A stretch of 64,000 nucleotides of DNA from Hemiscyllium ocellatum. Its lineage: Eukaryota. The position numbers and the translations under genes were made by a program. Below, one piece after another: positions 63,301 to 64,000 of the stretch. The DNA is taken from assembly GCF_020745735.1 (NCBI RefSeq), contig NC_083435.1, forward strand, positions 28,643,231-28,707,230, in the 5' to 3' direction. The notes beneath the pieces were generated by a model, which had not been told where the DNA came from, did no database searches, and saw nothing but the letters and a program-made list of their open reading frames with translations. Each line of letters begins with the position of its first letter. Within the stretch, counting starts at the first letter, position 1.

Positions 63301-64000
63301 TGAGGTGCTGCAAATCCTGCCACGAGAATTTGAATTCAATAAAGCTTTTTGTAATTTACATAAATGATTTGTGTGTGAATATTACTGGTGTAGTGGGCAG
63401 TGAAGGAAGTTATCTCAGAGTACAATGAAAGCCTGATCAGATGGGTCGAGGAATGTGAGGTTTTGGGCAAGCAAATGAGGGCAGGACATGCACACTTAAT
63501 AGTAATATCAGTGGGAGTGTTGCCAACTAAAGAGACCTTGGAGTGCAGTTTCATATTTCCTAAAATGTAGAGTTACAGGTAGACAGTATGTTGACAATAG
63601 TTATCAGTTACCTTGCCTTTATTGATCAGTGCATTGGATATGGAAATTAGGATGATATAGCTATATAGGACGTTGTTTCAACCACTGTTAGAATATTATG
63701 TTCAATTCTGGTTCCCCAGTTTAAAGCAAGTTTTTTTTTTTAAAAAATCATTCATGAGATGATCGCTGACTAGATCAGTATTTATTGTCAATCCCATATT
63801 GCTCAGAGGACAAGTAAGAGTTTCTATTTGTCTGGAGTCACATGCAGGCCAGAACAGGTAAGGATTGCAGGTTCCTTCCGAGAGAACAGGAGTCATTAAG
63901 ATGGATTTTTCACAATAAGTGTTAATGGATTCAGTGTCATCGTGAGACTCTTAATTCCGCTTTCTGTGGCATGATTCAAACCCAGATCCCCTGAAGATTA

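Larger units (their letters stand above)
57806..64000 (+). repeat. Segmental duplication, copy 2 (runs off the window end)
   Basis: Collinear with 25248-30167; lacks 25510-25909 and the SINE; carries extra sequence 58518-60403. Confidence 0.95.

Overview
Eukaryotic, intron-rich, repeat-dense DNA from a cartilaginous fish (inferred from HE1-type SINEs, CR1/HER1-type LINEs and a shark-type 33-bp satellite). No prokaryotic systems are present. Gene content found by manual splice reconstruction: (1) a cluster of two-exon class A GPCR genes on the minus strand, of the family usually annotated 'GPR139-like' in sharks. It has one intact gene (39338-39275 + 33575-32686, 317 aa), one pseudogene exon 2 (11855-10850) and one orphan exon 1 (5996-5933). 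(2) Two tail-to-tail MHC class I-like cassettes. Copy A (+, 16292-24582) has four fully open, in-phase exons (alpha3, TM, cyt1, cyt2), but I find no leader, alpha1 or alpha2 exon. Copy B (-, 57805-51488) is a multiply disabled pseudogene; its alpha2 exon is cut by a segmental duplication (25248-30167 copied to 57806-64000+). Most notable: the apparently peptide-binding-domain-less class I copy A; a triple tandem short element flanked by a repeated 14-nt target and absent from the paralogous site; a ~1.07-kb foldback and a sense Gypsy LTR inside the GPCR intron; and degenerate hammerhead-ribozyme cores in three repeat families. All alignments were done by eye, so repeat boundaries are approximate.
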